From Candidatus Latescibacterota bacterium (GTDB lineage Bacteria > Latescibacterota > UBA2968): DNA of 64,000 nt. Below, in pieces: positions 48,681 to 57,275 of the stretch (the stretch's first letter is position 1; every line of letters starts with the position of its first letter). The position numbers and the translations under genes are program-made. The notes beneath the pieces were generated by a model. The model saw only the letters and a list, made by a program, of their open reading frames with translations. It was not told the origin of the DNA and made no database searches. The stretch lies in the NCBI GenBank assembly GCA_965116885.1, contig OZ220741.1, forward strand, positions 5,472,001 to 5,536,000, in the 5' to 3' direction.

Positions 48681-50222
48681 ATGCTTGGACTACACCTGCT
48701 GGACTTTGCCACGCTCGCCATCTATTTAATCGGCATCATGATTGCCGGCTTATGGGTCGCCCGCAAAATCAAAAATACGGGCGACTATTTTATGGGCGGG
48801 CGCAGCTTTGGCAAAGCATTTATGATCATGCACGCCTTTGGCACCGGCACCCACACCGATCAGGCCGTAACCGTTGCAGGCGCCTCCTACAAACTGGGCA
48901 TGGCGGGAATCTGGTATCAATGGCTCTATCTATTTGCCACCCCCTTCTACTGGCTCATCGCGCCAATATGGCGAAGGCTGCGCTACCTCACCATCGCGGA
49001 CTTCTTTGAAGACCGATTCAGCAACTCGCTCGGTTACTTCTACGCCCTCTATGGCCTGCTCTACTTTGCCATACAAATCGGCATCATGCTCCTGGGCACC
49101 GGCAAAACAGCCAGCGCCATGACCGGCGGCGCGATATCTCCCGAAATCGCCATCGGTGTGATGACTGTCCTCTTCCTCTCCTACGGTCTCTTAGGCGGCC
49201 TGCCCGCGGCCATCATCACCGACTTTATCCAGGGCATCTTCATCATCGTCCTCTCGTTTCTCCTCGTCCCCTTTGTCATCGACGGCGTCGGCGGCTTCAC
49301 CGGCCTTCACCAGCAAGTACCCATTGAAAAATTCAGCCTCGAAGCACCCGGTGATCCCCCGCCCGGATACGACCGCATCACCCCCTTCTTCATCGTCATG
49401 GTCGTCATCAACGCCCTCGTCGGCATCATTGCCCAACCCCACCACATGGAAATTGGCGGCGCGGGCAAAACCGAACGCGAAGCCCGCGTGGGATTCACAT
49501 ACGGCAACATGATCAAACGCCTCTGCACCGTAGCCTGGGCATTTACCGGCGTAGCCTGCATTGCCCTTTATCCCAACATCGACGATCCCGAACACGCTTT
49601 TGGGCTCGCCTCGCGCGACCTCTTGCCCATCGGTCTCGTCGGCATCATGCTCGCCTCGATGATCGCCGCGGTCATGTCCACCTGCGACTCATTCATGGTC
49701 GATGGCGCTGCCCTCTTTGTCGAAAACTTTTACAAACCCCTCTTCAAGCCCGAAGCCGACGACAAACACTACCTCACCACGGGCCGCATCGTCGCCCTCA
49801 TACTCGTCATATTCGGCATAATCATCGCACTCTATTTCACCTCTGTCGTCGCAATTATCCGCCTCTCCTGGTCCCTCGTGGCGTTCTTTGGGATTGCATT
49901 TTGGGGCGGAATTCTCTGGCGCAGATGCAATGCGCCCGGCGCCTGGGCGGGCCTGATCGTCTCGGCGTTCTTATTCGCCATATCCGGTCAAACAATCATC
50001 AATTTGGAAAGCCTGGGCATCTACATTGGCGGCCTCGACTGGGAATTGCCCTATCGCTACGTACTCTACATCGCCGGAGGCTTTGCCGCACTCATCATCG
50101 TAAGCAAACTCACCAAACCGCAAGACAAAGAGCGACTCGACCGCTTTTACACCTTGCTCCACACACCTGTGGGACAAGAGCACAAATTGCGCGAAGCCGG
50201 TATAAAAGTCGTTCTGGAGTAA
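48681..50222 (+). CDS. sodium:solute symporter family protein
   Basis: DYFMGGRSF, GG..A.I.TD.IQG, AAVMSTCDS; polytopic membrane protein. Confidence 0.92.
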   Translation: MLGLHLLDFATLAIYLIGIMIAGLWVARKIKNTGDYFMGGRSFGKAFMIMHAFGTGTHTDQAVTVAGASYKLGMAGIWYQWLYLFATPFYWLIAPIWRRLRYLTIADFFEDRFSNSLGYFYALYGLLYFAIQIGIMLLGTGKTASAMTGGAISPEIAIGVMTVLFLSYGLLGGLPAAIITDFIQGIFIIVLSFLLVPFVIDGVGGFTGLHQQVPIEKFSLEAPGDPPPGYDRITPFFIVMVVINALVGIIAQPHHMEIGGAGKTEREARVGFTYGNMIKRLCTVAWAFTGVACIALYPNIDDPEHAFGLASRDLLPIGLVGIMLASMIAAVMSTCDSFMVDGAALFVENFYKPLFKPEADDKHYLTTGRIVALILVIFGIIIALYFTSVVAIIRLSWSLVAFFGIAFWGGILWRRCNAPGAWAGLIVSAFLFAISGQTIINLESLGIYIGGLDWELPYRYVLYIAGGFAALIIVSKLTKPQDKERLDRFYTLLHTPVGQEHKLREAGIKVVLE

Positions 50223-50231
50223 GGATTCATC

Positions 50232-51773
50232 ATGCGTCTCAGGTCCATATTGCTTATCGCCGCACTCTACACGAGTTTGGGGTATTCCTCTCAAGCCGCC
50301 GATCCCGTACTACATCTAAAAACTGACCAGACGCAACCCCTCCCCAAAAGCCTCTATGGCTTCAACACGAACATGATGAGCGGTGACTACGGCTATCTCG
50401 ACGCCAACTTCGTCGCACTCACAAAAGACCTTCAACCCCAGATACTGCGTTTTCCCGGAGGCACAATCGGCAATTTTTACCACTGGAAAATAGCTGGCTT
50501 CATCCAGAGCGAAATGAGTTCAACCGGCAGCGAGCAACTCAACAGACGAAACAGAGGCAATTTTGTCAGACTGCGAAAAAGGAGAAATGGGAGACTCGCA
50601 TTTGACGACTTCATGCAGATGTGCAACGCGCTAAAAATAACGCCCATCGTAGTCGTCAACCTGTGGACGGGGAGCCCGGAAGAAAGTGCCGGATGGGTCC
50701 AATACGCAAAAAACAAGGGATATGAGATCGCGCATTGGGAACTCGGCAACGAGCATTATCTGCCGTGGTACGCGGAAAAATACCCCTCTGCCGAAACCTA
50801 TATCGCACAAGCCAAAAAACATGCACAGGCGATGAAAGCCGTTGACCCAACCATAAAAGTCTCGGTTTGTGCAAGCCCGGTAGCCTTCCACAAAAACGGC
50901 TTTGAAAAAAACATAGACCAACGCAACTGGGACAGTGCCTTGGCGGCTGCGGATCAATTCTACGACGCCTATACCGTTCACGCCTATGCTTATCGAACCG
51001 CTCGAAAAAAAGAAATTGAGGAATATCGGGGCTATCTCTTTGGTTGGATCCACTGCGATTTCGATGACGCCATGGCCTATTATAAAAAATTATTCCCCAG
51101 CAAAGAAATGTGGATAACAGAATGGAATATCGCCAACCCCGCAAACCGGGTCGCCAACACACAACTCCACGCTATGTACACGGGCGACTTCTTCTTAAAA
51201 ATGCTCACACAACCGCGCATCACCCATGCAAATTTTCACGTCATTGCTGGCCCCGGCAAAGGATTCCCCACATTCTCCCCAATCACCCCCCCATCGCCGA
51301 GAACCAATTGGAAATACGGAGGTGAACCAGAGTCGGACTTTGGAAAAACAATTCGGCGCGCGACCTACTATCCCCTCCAGTTAATCGGAGAAGCATTCGC
51401 GCAATCGGACACAAAATACTCCCTCGCCATCCAAAATCCACCCATCCTCAACGGACAACTCGAATACGAGGGAAAACAAATACCGGGCGTTCAAGCACAG
51501 GCAGTCGGAAGTGCCGCGCACCTTTTTGTACTCATCAGCAACCGCACAGCAGACGACCTATCGCCGGGCCTCACCATCGACGGCAAAAAATATGAAGGCG
51601 CGCTCACATATCGCTACGTAGCCCATGAAAGACTCAATGCATCAAATGGCGGAAATGCGGAAATGGAAGGCGCGGGCAAAATAGAAGTCGCGATCCGCGA
51701 ATGGTCTGGCGCCTGCACTAATCTCTTGATTCCCAAAAATAGTTTTGGCATTTTAAAGCTATCGCTCAACTAA
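50232..51773 (+). CDS. secreted clan GH-A glycoside hydrolase (GH51/GH79-like)
   Basis: Signal peptide; LRFPGG, WELGNE (acid/base), WITEWN (nucleophile). Confidence 0.75.
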   Translation: MRLRSILLIAALYTSLGYSSQAADPVLHLKTDQTQPLPKSLYGFNTNMMSGDYGYLDANFVALTKDLQPQILRFPGGTIGNFYHWKIAGFIQSEMSSTGSEQLNRRNRGNFVRLRKRRNGRLAFDDFMQMCNALKITPIVVVNLWTGSPEESAGWVQYAKNKGYEIAHWELGNEHYLPWYAEKYPSAETYIAQAKKHAQAMKAVDPTIKVSVCASPVAFHKNGFEKNIDQRNWDSALAAADQFYDAYTVHAYAYRTARKKEIEEYRGYLFGWIHCDFDDAMAYYKKLFPSKEMWITEWNIANPANRVANTQLHAMYTGDFFLKMLTQPRITHANFHVIAGPGKGFPTFSPITPPSPRTNWKYGGEPESDFGKTIRRATYYPLQLIGEAFAQSDTKYSLAIQNPPILNGQLEYEGKQIPGVQAQAVGSAAHLFVLISNRTADDLSPGLTIDGKKYEGALTYRYVAHERLNASNGGNAEMEGAGKIEVAIREWSGACTNLLIPKNSFGILKLSLN

Positions 51774-51790
51774 CTCCCGAGGAGGCTATC

Positions 51791-51910
51791 GTGTTTGGCC
51801 TTGAAATTCGCAAACCATCCAAAGAAACAGTCATAGGATTCATCGTCACATGGATCTGTGTAATCGGCATCATCTTTCTCACACTCGCCCTCGTCCGAAT
51901 CGGTGCGTAA
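51791..51910 (+). CDS. 39-aa single-TM small protein
   Basis: GAGGAGG RBS + GTG; MFGLEIRKPSKETVIGFIVTWICVIGIIFLTLALVRIGA; fills the gap between two operon genes. Confidence 0.7.
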   Translation: MFGLEIRKPSKETVIGFIVTWICVIGIIFLTLALVRIGA

Positions 51911-51922
51911 AGGACTCATCCC

Positions 51923-52402
51923 ATGATCAGAAAATACCGCCCTGAAGACCTCGACGCCCTCAAAGCAATCACCGTTATCTGTTTTGATGGGGTATCGATT
52001 GACCAGAACATCGAAAAAAACTTCGGTCAATTTGCCGACACAGATTGGCGAGCACGCAAAGCCAAACACATAGACGCGGACGTCGCCGCCAATGCCGACG
52101 GCATCTTCGTCTGGGAAGACGAAGGCAAAGTCGCGGCCTACATCACCACGCGCATAGACCATGAAAGCAAAATAGGCGGCATACCCAACCTCGCCGTCTT
52201 GCCCGAATACCAGGGCAAAGGAATCGGCAAAGCATTGATGACAGCCGCCTTTGACTACTTTGAAGAACAGGGCATGGCCGTGGCAAAAATCGAAACCCTC
52301 GACCAGAACCCCGTTGGACAGAACTTTTATCCGCGCTCGGGCTTTACCGCAGTCGCCCGACAAATCCACTACGCAATGCCCATGAAAGATCGCAAAGTGT
52401 AG
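51923..52402 (+). CDS. GNAT N-acetyltransferase
   Basis: LAVLPEYQGKGIGKAL acetyl-CoA motif; N....FY...GF. Confidence 0.92.
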   Translation: MIRKYRPEDLDALKAITVICFDGVSIDQNIEKNFGQFADTDWRARKAKHIDADVAANADGIFVWEDEGKVAAYITTRIDHESKIGGIPNLAVLPEYQGKGIGKALMTAAFDYFEEQGMAVAKIETLDQNPVGQNFYPRSGFTAVARQIHYAMPMKDRKV

Positions 52403-52406
52403 CTCT

Positions 52407-53195
52407 TTATTCAGTCCTCCACACCGTCGGAAAGTGTTCCCCCCGCAAAATCTCGCCATCTTCCACAGTCACAAATTCCTTCATCACGTGATTGCCGCTC
52501 GCATCGTAATACGTATCCTGCGTCATATAGTGAATCGCAATCGCGCGCCGGGGTCGCTTGCTGCGATTATCGTGCGAACCGTGCCAGGTCAGAGCGTGGT
52601 GATAATGAACCTCGCCCTTTTTCACCGGTCGGCGCACCACCGATATGGGATGGCCTTCAAACTCTGACGGCATAGCACCAAAGTCCTTTACCTTCCTTAC
52701 AAACGCAATCTGATTGCCCCACTTGTGCGAACCCGGCACCATACTCATACACCCATTTTCCACATCCACATCGTCCAATGCCACCCACGCGCTCACCTCT
52801 GTCATCGGTCGAATAATCGGCCACAGCGGCGCGTCCTGATGCCATCCGGTCGTCCCCCCAATTTCAGCGGGCTTGTACTGAATCTGATCGTGCCAAATAC
52901 GCAACTCCGTCGCCCCGGTCAACTGCGCCATTTCCTCCACAATTTTCTCTGAATACATCAAATCCCTGAACGCCTCGCTCGCCTCCCAGATATTCACAAT
53001 CTGCCAGACCGGCGCCGAATCATCACCGCCCAAATTGCGCAACAAAACCGGCTGCGATACATCATCGCGGTCTTTACTCTCAATCACCCGGTACAACTCC
53101 TCGCGCAACACCTCAACCTGCGCGTCCTCCAGCACCGGACCCCCATTCAAAAACCCATTCTCGTGAAATTCCGCCACCTGCTCTTCTGTTAGCAT
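52407..53195 (-). CDS. phytanoyl-CoA dioxygenase (PhyH) family protein
   Basis: WHQD, WVALDD..ENGCM..VPGSH, HGS..N.S..PRR. Confidence 0.92.
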   Translation of the reverse strand: MLTEEQVAEFHENGFLNGGPVLEDAQVEVLREELYRVIESKDRDDVSQPVLLRNLGGDDSAPVWQIVNIWEASEAFRDLMYSEKIVEEMAQLTGATELRIWHDQIQYKPAEIGGTTGWHQDAPLWPIIRPMTEVSAWVALDDVDVENGCMSMVPGSHKWGNQIAFVRKVKDFGAMPSEFEGHPISVVRRPVKKGEVHYHHALTWHGSHDNRSKRPRRAIAIHYMTQDTYYDASGNHVMKEFVTVEDGEILRGEHFPTVWRTE

Positions 53196-53246
53196 GATTC
53201 ATCTCCTGAAAAAACATCCTTCACACTACGCCCTGCCGATGGGTGC

Positions 53247-53361
53247 GGGCGACCACAGGGGGTCGCCCCTACATTTCATACCAATCTGTCCTCAGTCCTT
53301 CTTTTTTATCTGCGTTTATCTGCGAAAAACGCTCAAATTACTCGCGTTTTTTTCTGCGGAT
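53247..53361 (-). repeat. GTAG-type REP plus ATCTGCG-family element
   Basis: GGGCGACCACAGGGGGTCGCCCCTAC; TATCTGCGAAAAACGCTCAAATTACTCGCGTTTTTTTCTGCGGAT, nearly identical to 54662-54706. Confidence 0.7.
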
Positions 53362-54593
53362 CATACCAAATTCCCCTCTGCCCGGCTATTTCTCCCCACA
53401 ACAGCAACAGCTTTATCCATCCCCACACACAAATTACCACTAATCAAGTTATAGTCGCTCTCACCACTCTCCTCAATACCCTTCAACTGCGTCGGCTTCT
53501 CCTGATCATCAGCGCACCGATTGCCCTGCACAATCGAATGCGTCAAATCGTGCACGCGGATACCGGGATATTTCCCCTTCTCCGCCCGAGAATTGCTCAG
53601 CAACAAATTCCCCGTAATCACCTGCTCATCCCCTCTATTGGCATCTATCCCACACATCCCATTGTACGAACACACATTATTACTCACAATATTGTGGTGA
53701 TCCCCGCCATTTGCCACACCGCCAATCCCGTGTTGTCCATTTTCGGAAAACACGCTATCGCTACACACCGAATGATGCACCCGCGCACAAAAATAATACC
53801 CATCGCCCCCATTTCCCTTCCCGATATTGTGCGACCACACACTGCGCGCCAACCCCGTTCCGGGATGAAATCCATGCCCGCGACACCCGTGAGCCTGACA
53901 ATGCGCCACCTGGGCATCGCAACCGCGCTGAATCCCAAACCCATCGCTGGGCCATCCAAACACCGAACAATTCAGAACCCGCACGCGCTCACACCCCACA
54001 ATATGCATTGCCGAATACGTAAAATCCCACCAATCACCCTCGTAATCTTCGGGACCCTTAATCGTCAAATCCCGTATCTCAATATCCGTCTCGTTCTCTG
54101 CCCATATACAGGGAAACAGATTCACCACCCGGGCATTGTCTCGCGCCAACAACCGCCGATTAAACGGCACACTCATCCACACGCGATTGCCCACAACCCG
54201 CTCAACCTCCCCGTGCGTACCCCACCACCCCCTGTGCTTATCGTCGCAAACCCCAATCCCCTCACCCACGCGAAAAGGCGGCCTGGTCTTACAGGTCAAC
54301 ACCCGACCGCCTTTGCGAATATCCTTTGCCAGATAAGCCACCTGCAAAGGCCGAATCTTCAACACAGTCGCCGGCCCATCGCCGACCAAACTCACCCGAC
54401 TGGGCACGTACAGCGTCTTCCGCAAAAGATACGTACCCGCCGGAACACGCACCCTACCCCCGCTCTCTGGCAAAGAGGCAACCGCGTCTTCCAACCCACA
54501 GGTCATCGACTCCCGATCAAAAAAATCCGCAGCATTCACCTCATCTCGCGGCGCATCGGGCAACGGAATCTCTCTCGCTGGCATAGCAGGCAT
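53361..54593 (-). CDS. right-handed parallel beta-helix protein (pectate lyase 3-like N-terminus)
   Basis: GGRVRVPAGTY, LVGDG; repeated N...N...GI beta-helix pattern. Confidence 0.75.
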   Translation of the reverse strand: MPAMPAREIPLPDAPRDEVNAADFFDRESMTCGLEDAVASLPESGGRVRVPAGTYLLRKTLYVPSRVSLVGDGPATVLKIRPLQVAYLAKDIRKGGRVLTCKTRPPFRVGEGIGVCDDKHRGWWGTHGEVERVVGNRVWMSVPFNRRLLARDNARVVNLFPCIWAENETDIEIRDLTIKGPEDYEGDWWDFTYSAMHIVGCERVRVLNCSVFGWPSDGFGIQRGCDAQVAHCQAHGCRGHGFHPGTGLARSVWSHNIGKGNGGDGYYFCARVHHSVCSDSVFSENGQHGIGGVANGGDHHNIVSNNVCSYNGMCGIDANRGDEQVITGNLLLSNSRAEKGKYPGIRVHDLTHSIVQGNRCADDQEKPTQLKGIEESGESDYNLISGNLCVGMDKAVAVVGRNSRAEGNLV

Positions 54594-54618
54594 AACATTA
54601 TCCTCCTGATTCTTTCAA

Positions 54619-54740
54619 GCACTCTCCAAAAACACCGTCGTATCCGCCTTTCATCTGTGTCTATCTGCGAAAAACGCTCAAATTATTCGCGTTTTTTTCT
54701 GCGGATGACATGTCTTTACGCACTCTCCAAAAACACCGTC
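54619..54740. repeat. ATCTGCG-family element flanked by a 21-bp direct repeat
   Basis: GCACTCTCCAAAAACACCGTC at 54619-54639 and 54720-54740. Confidence 0.75.
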
Positions 54741-55435
54741 ACCCCCATATCGGCGTATTTCTCGCGCGTATCCGGTGTGCGGTTGCGATGACAGACCGCT
54801 ACGCCAGTCCCTTCCAAAGACCTGCACAAATACGCGATCGTATCATCCACAGACTTCAACCAGTGCTGCGGATGTGCCTTAATACTCATAGACAAATCCG
54901 TCGGACCCATCGACAAACAATCCACACCCGCCTTCGCGAGCAAATGCCCGCGCGTTGCGGCCTCTACCGACTCAATTTGCAACCACAAGATCCCAAAACT
55001 ATTCCACCAATCGGCGTACTCCTCCGTAGTTTTATCTTCCGCGCCTCGCCGATGCCCCCCGCCAAAACTGCGCCCTCCAGCCGGTGGATAATAAAAATAA
55101 TGCAACGCATCATCAACCGTCTCTTCCAACTCGGTCTGCGGAATCTCAATCCCACACGGACCCAAATCGAGATAATTGCCAATCAAATAGGCATTGCGCG
55201 TGTGTTTGATCCGAAACTGCACGAACACATCGCGCTCGGCAGCCATATCGCAAAACGCCGCAATGCGCTCTTCGCTCAACGGCGTATGCTGGCTGTCAAT
55301 AGACACGAAATCGTAATCATCTCCATCCATAATCTGATCAAACCGATCCGGCGGTGTATTCGGTGCCATAGACACGCCAATAATGCGTTCACCATTGCGA
55401 TATTTTTGTTTCAGTCCAATTGCATTTTCAAACAT
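54716..55435 (-). CDS. HpcH/HpaI aldolase family protein
   Basis: IDSQH, LDLGP.GI.IP, YPP.G.RS.G, QIES, GPTDLS. Confidence 0.85.
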   Translation of the reverse strand: MFENAIGLKQKYRNGERIIGVSMAPNTPPDRFDQIMDGDDYDFVSIDSQHTPLSEERIAAFCDMAAERDVFVQFRIKHTRNAYLIGNYLDLGPCGIEIPQTELEETVDDALHYFYYPPAGGRSFGGGHRRGAEDKTTEEYADWWNSFGILWLQIESVEAATRGHLLAKAGVDCLSMGPTDLSMSIKAHPQHWLKSVDDTIAYLCRSLEGTGVAVCHRNRTPDTREKYADMGVTVFLESA

Positions 55436-55437
55436 AA

Positions 55438-56682
55438 TTATCTCCTCTCCCATTCTCGAAGTTTATCTGCATTCTCGCGCACCTTGACAAATGCGCGCGA
55501 CATATCCCGCATCCGCGTCTCAGAAGCCAGCAAAGCCCTCTGGCTTATCGACAGCCGCTCCTTGCAATACTGCTCAACCTTTGGCAAGTGCAACGAGCGA
55601 TAATCCTGCGCCGCATCTGTCCACGCAAAAGGCGTATAATCGCGGGCTTTCCAATCCTCTTGAAAAACCGGATGTTTGTAAACCGGCGTCTCGTATCCCG
55701 TACTCACCGGCACCCCTTCAGCGCGTATCGCCCTGACAAATGCATCGCGAGAAATGCCCTCAAACGCCTCGGATAAATACCTCGCACCATACACATGCCA
55801 GTTGACGCAGGTCGCATCTTCCAATCGGTGAATCGGCTCAATACCCTCAACCTCCGACAACGTGCGCGTCAACATCGCCCCATTTTGTTCGCGGATCTCC
55901 GTATGCTCGGGAATGCGCTTCAACTGGCACAACAAGACCGCAGCGACAAATTCCGTCATCCGATGATTGCCGCCCCATTGTCGAGATTCCTCCGTACGAC
56001 CATACCGCGACCGCCCCACATTGACCGCACAGCCAATCGCATCGGCAACTGCCTCGTCATTGGTCAGGGCAATGCCCCCATCTCCACCCGTCATATTTTT
56101 GCTCTGCTGAAAAGAAAATCCCGAAGCCAGTCCCCAACTGCCCAGCCCGCGATCCCGATAAGTCGATCCCCACCCGTGCGCCGCATCTTCTAAAATCGCG
56201 AGATTGTGTCGCTCGGCAATATCCAACAACCGCTGGAGATCACACGCCAACCCACCAAAATGCACCGGCATAATCCCCTTCGTACGATCTGTAATAAGGC
56301 TCTCCACCTCCGCCACATCGAGATTATTGGTATCCGGATCTATATCGCAAAAAACAACCGTAGCACCTGCTTTTAGAATCCCCGAACACGTACCGATAAA
56401 TGTATAGGCACTCGTAATCACCTCATCGCCTACACCAATACCCGCCCCGCGACAAATCATCTCCAGAGCCACCGTGCCACCCGTACACGCAATCCCGTAT
56501 TTCGCATCTTGAAATGCCGCAAATGTCTCTTCAAACTCCTGGCACTTCGAGGAATTGTACCACGCCCGACTCTCCAGCACCTCAATAAGCGCATCTCTTT
56601 CGGCCACATCGTACATCGGCCATGAAATATCATCCTTTTCTTTAACCTCACGCTCGCCACCCAACAGTGCTAACTCTGCCAT
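55438..56682 (-). CDS. DegT/DnrJ/EryC1/StrS aminotransferase
   Basis: PVHFGG, LEDAAHGWG, FSFQQSKNMTGGDGG. Confidence 0.92.
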   Translation of the reverse strand: MAELALLGGEREVKEKDDISWPMYDVAERDALIEVLESRAWYNSSKCQEFEETFAAFQDAKYGIACTGGTVALEMICRGAGIGVGDEVITSAYTFIGTCSGILKAGATVVFCDIDPDTNNLDVAEVESLITDRTKGIMPVHFGGLACDLQRLLDIAERHNLAILEDAAHGWGSTYRDRGLGSWGLASGFSFQQSKNMTGGDGGIALTNDEAVADAIGCAVNVGRSRYGRTEESRQWGGNHRMTEFVAAVLLCQLKRIPEHTEIREQNGAMLTRTLSEVEGIEPIHRLEDATCVNWHVYGARYLSEAFEGISRDAFVRAIRAEGVPVSTGYETPVYKHPVFQEDWKARDYTPFAWTDAAQDYRSLHLPKVEQYCKERLSISQRALLASETRMRDMSRAFVKVRENADKLREWERR

Positions 56683-56696
56683 ATTTCCCTCCTTGA

Positions 56697-57185
56697 TCAA
56701 TCTCGCTGCAAACATTCGACCAGCAGGTCCAATGCTTCGCGGGCAAACACCTCCATATTCTCGCCCCGTTTATCGCTGCCCGTTGCGATCGCAATCGCTC
56801 GCTCGGCATCTGGCCCCACAACGCCGATACACGTATGGCCGGGCGGATCGCCGTACCGATTTCCCGTCGGACCAGCCGCACCCGTCTCGCCAATACCCCA
56901 GTCCGCCCCCAAACGCTCGCGCGCAGCGCGTGCCAGATGCAGGGCATGCGTCTTTGTCGCGGCCCTCGCCTCGCCCATTGCCGCATCGGAAACAGCCATC
57001 AATATTTGCTTGGAATCACCCGTATAACACACCCCACCGCCCTTAAAATAAGCCGACGCCCCCGGCACAGCCAAAAGAGCTGCAGAAATGATGCCACCCG
57101 CCGAAGACTCGGCCACCGCCACGGTCTGCCCCTTTTCTTTTAACAATGCACCCACATCTGCGGCCATTGTCTTAAAATCCGCCAT
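56697..57185 (-). CDS. CinA C-terminal / PncC-like nicotinamide mononucleotide deamidase family
   Basis: AVAESSAGG, PGASAYF.GG..Y, ETGAAGPTG. Confidence 0.88.
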   Translation of the reverse strand: MADFKTMAADVGALLKEKGQTVAVAESSAGGIISAALLAVPGASAYFKGGGVCYTGDSKQILMAVSDAAMGEARAATKTHALHLARAARERLGADWGIGETGAAGPTGNRYGDPPGHTCIGVVGPDAERAIAIATGSDKRGENMEVFAREALDLLVECLQRD

Positions 57186-57275
57186 ATTAAACCTCTATAG
57201 TTTTGGTGATTGAGTATGTACTGAAGGCATAACAATATGCACTTGTGCCACGGCATCTACATACCATTTAGCCGT

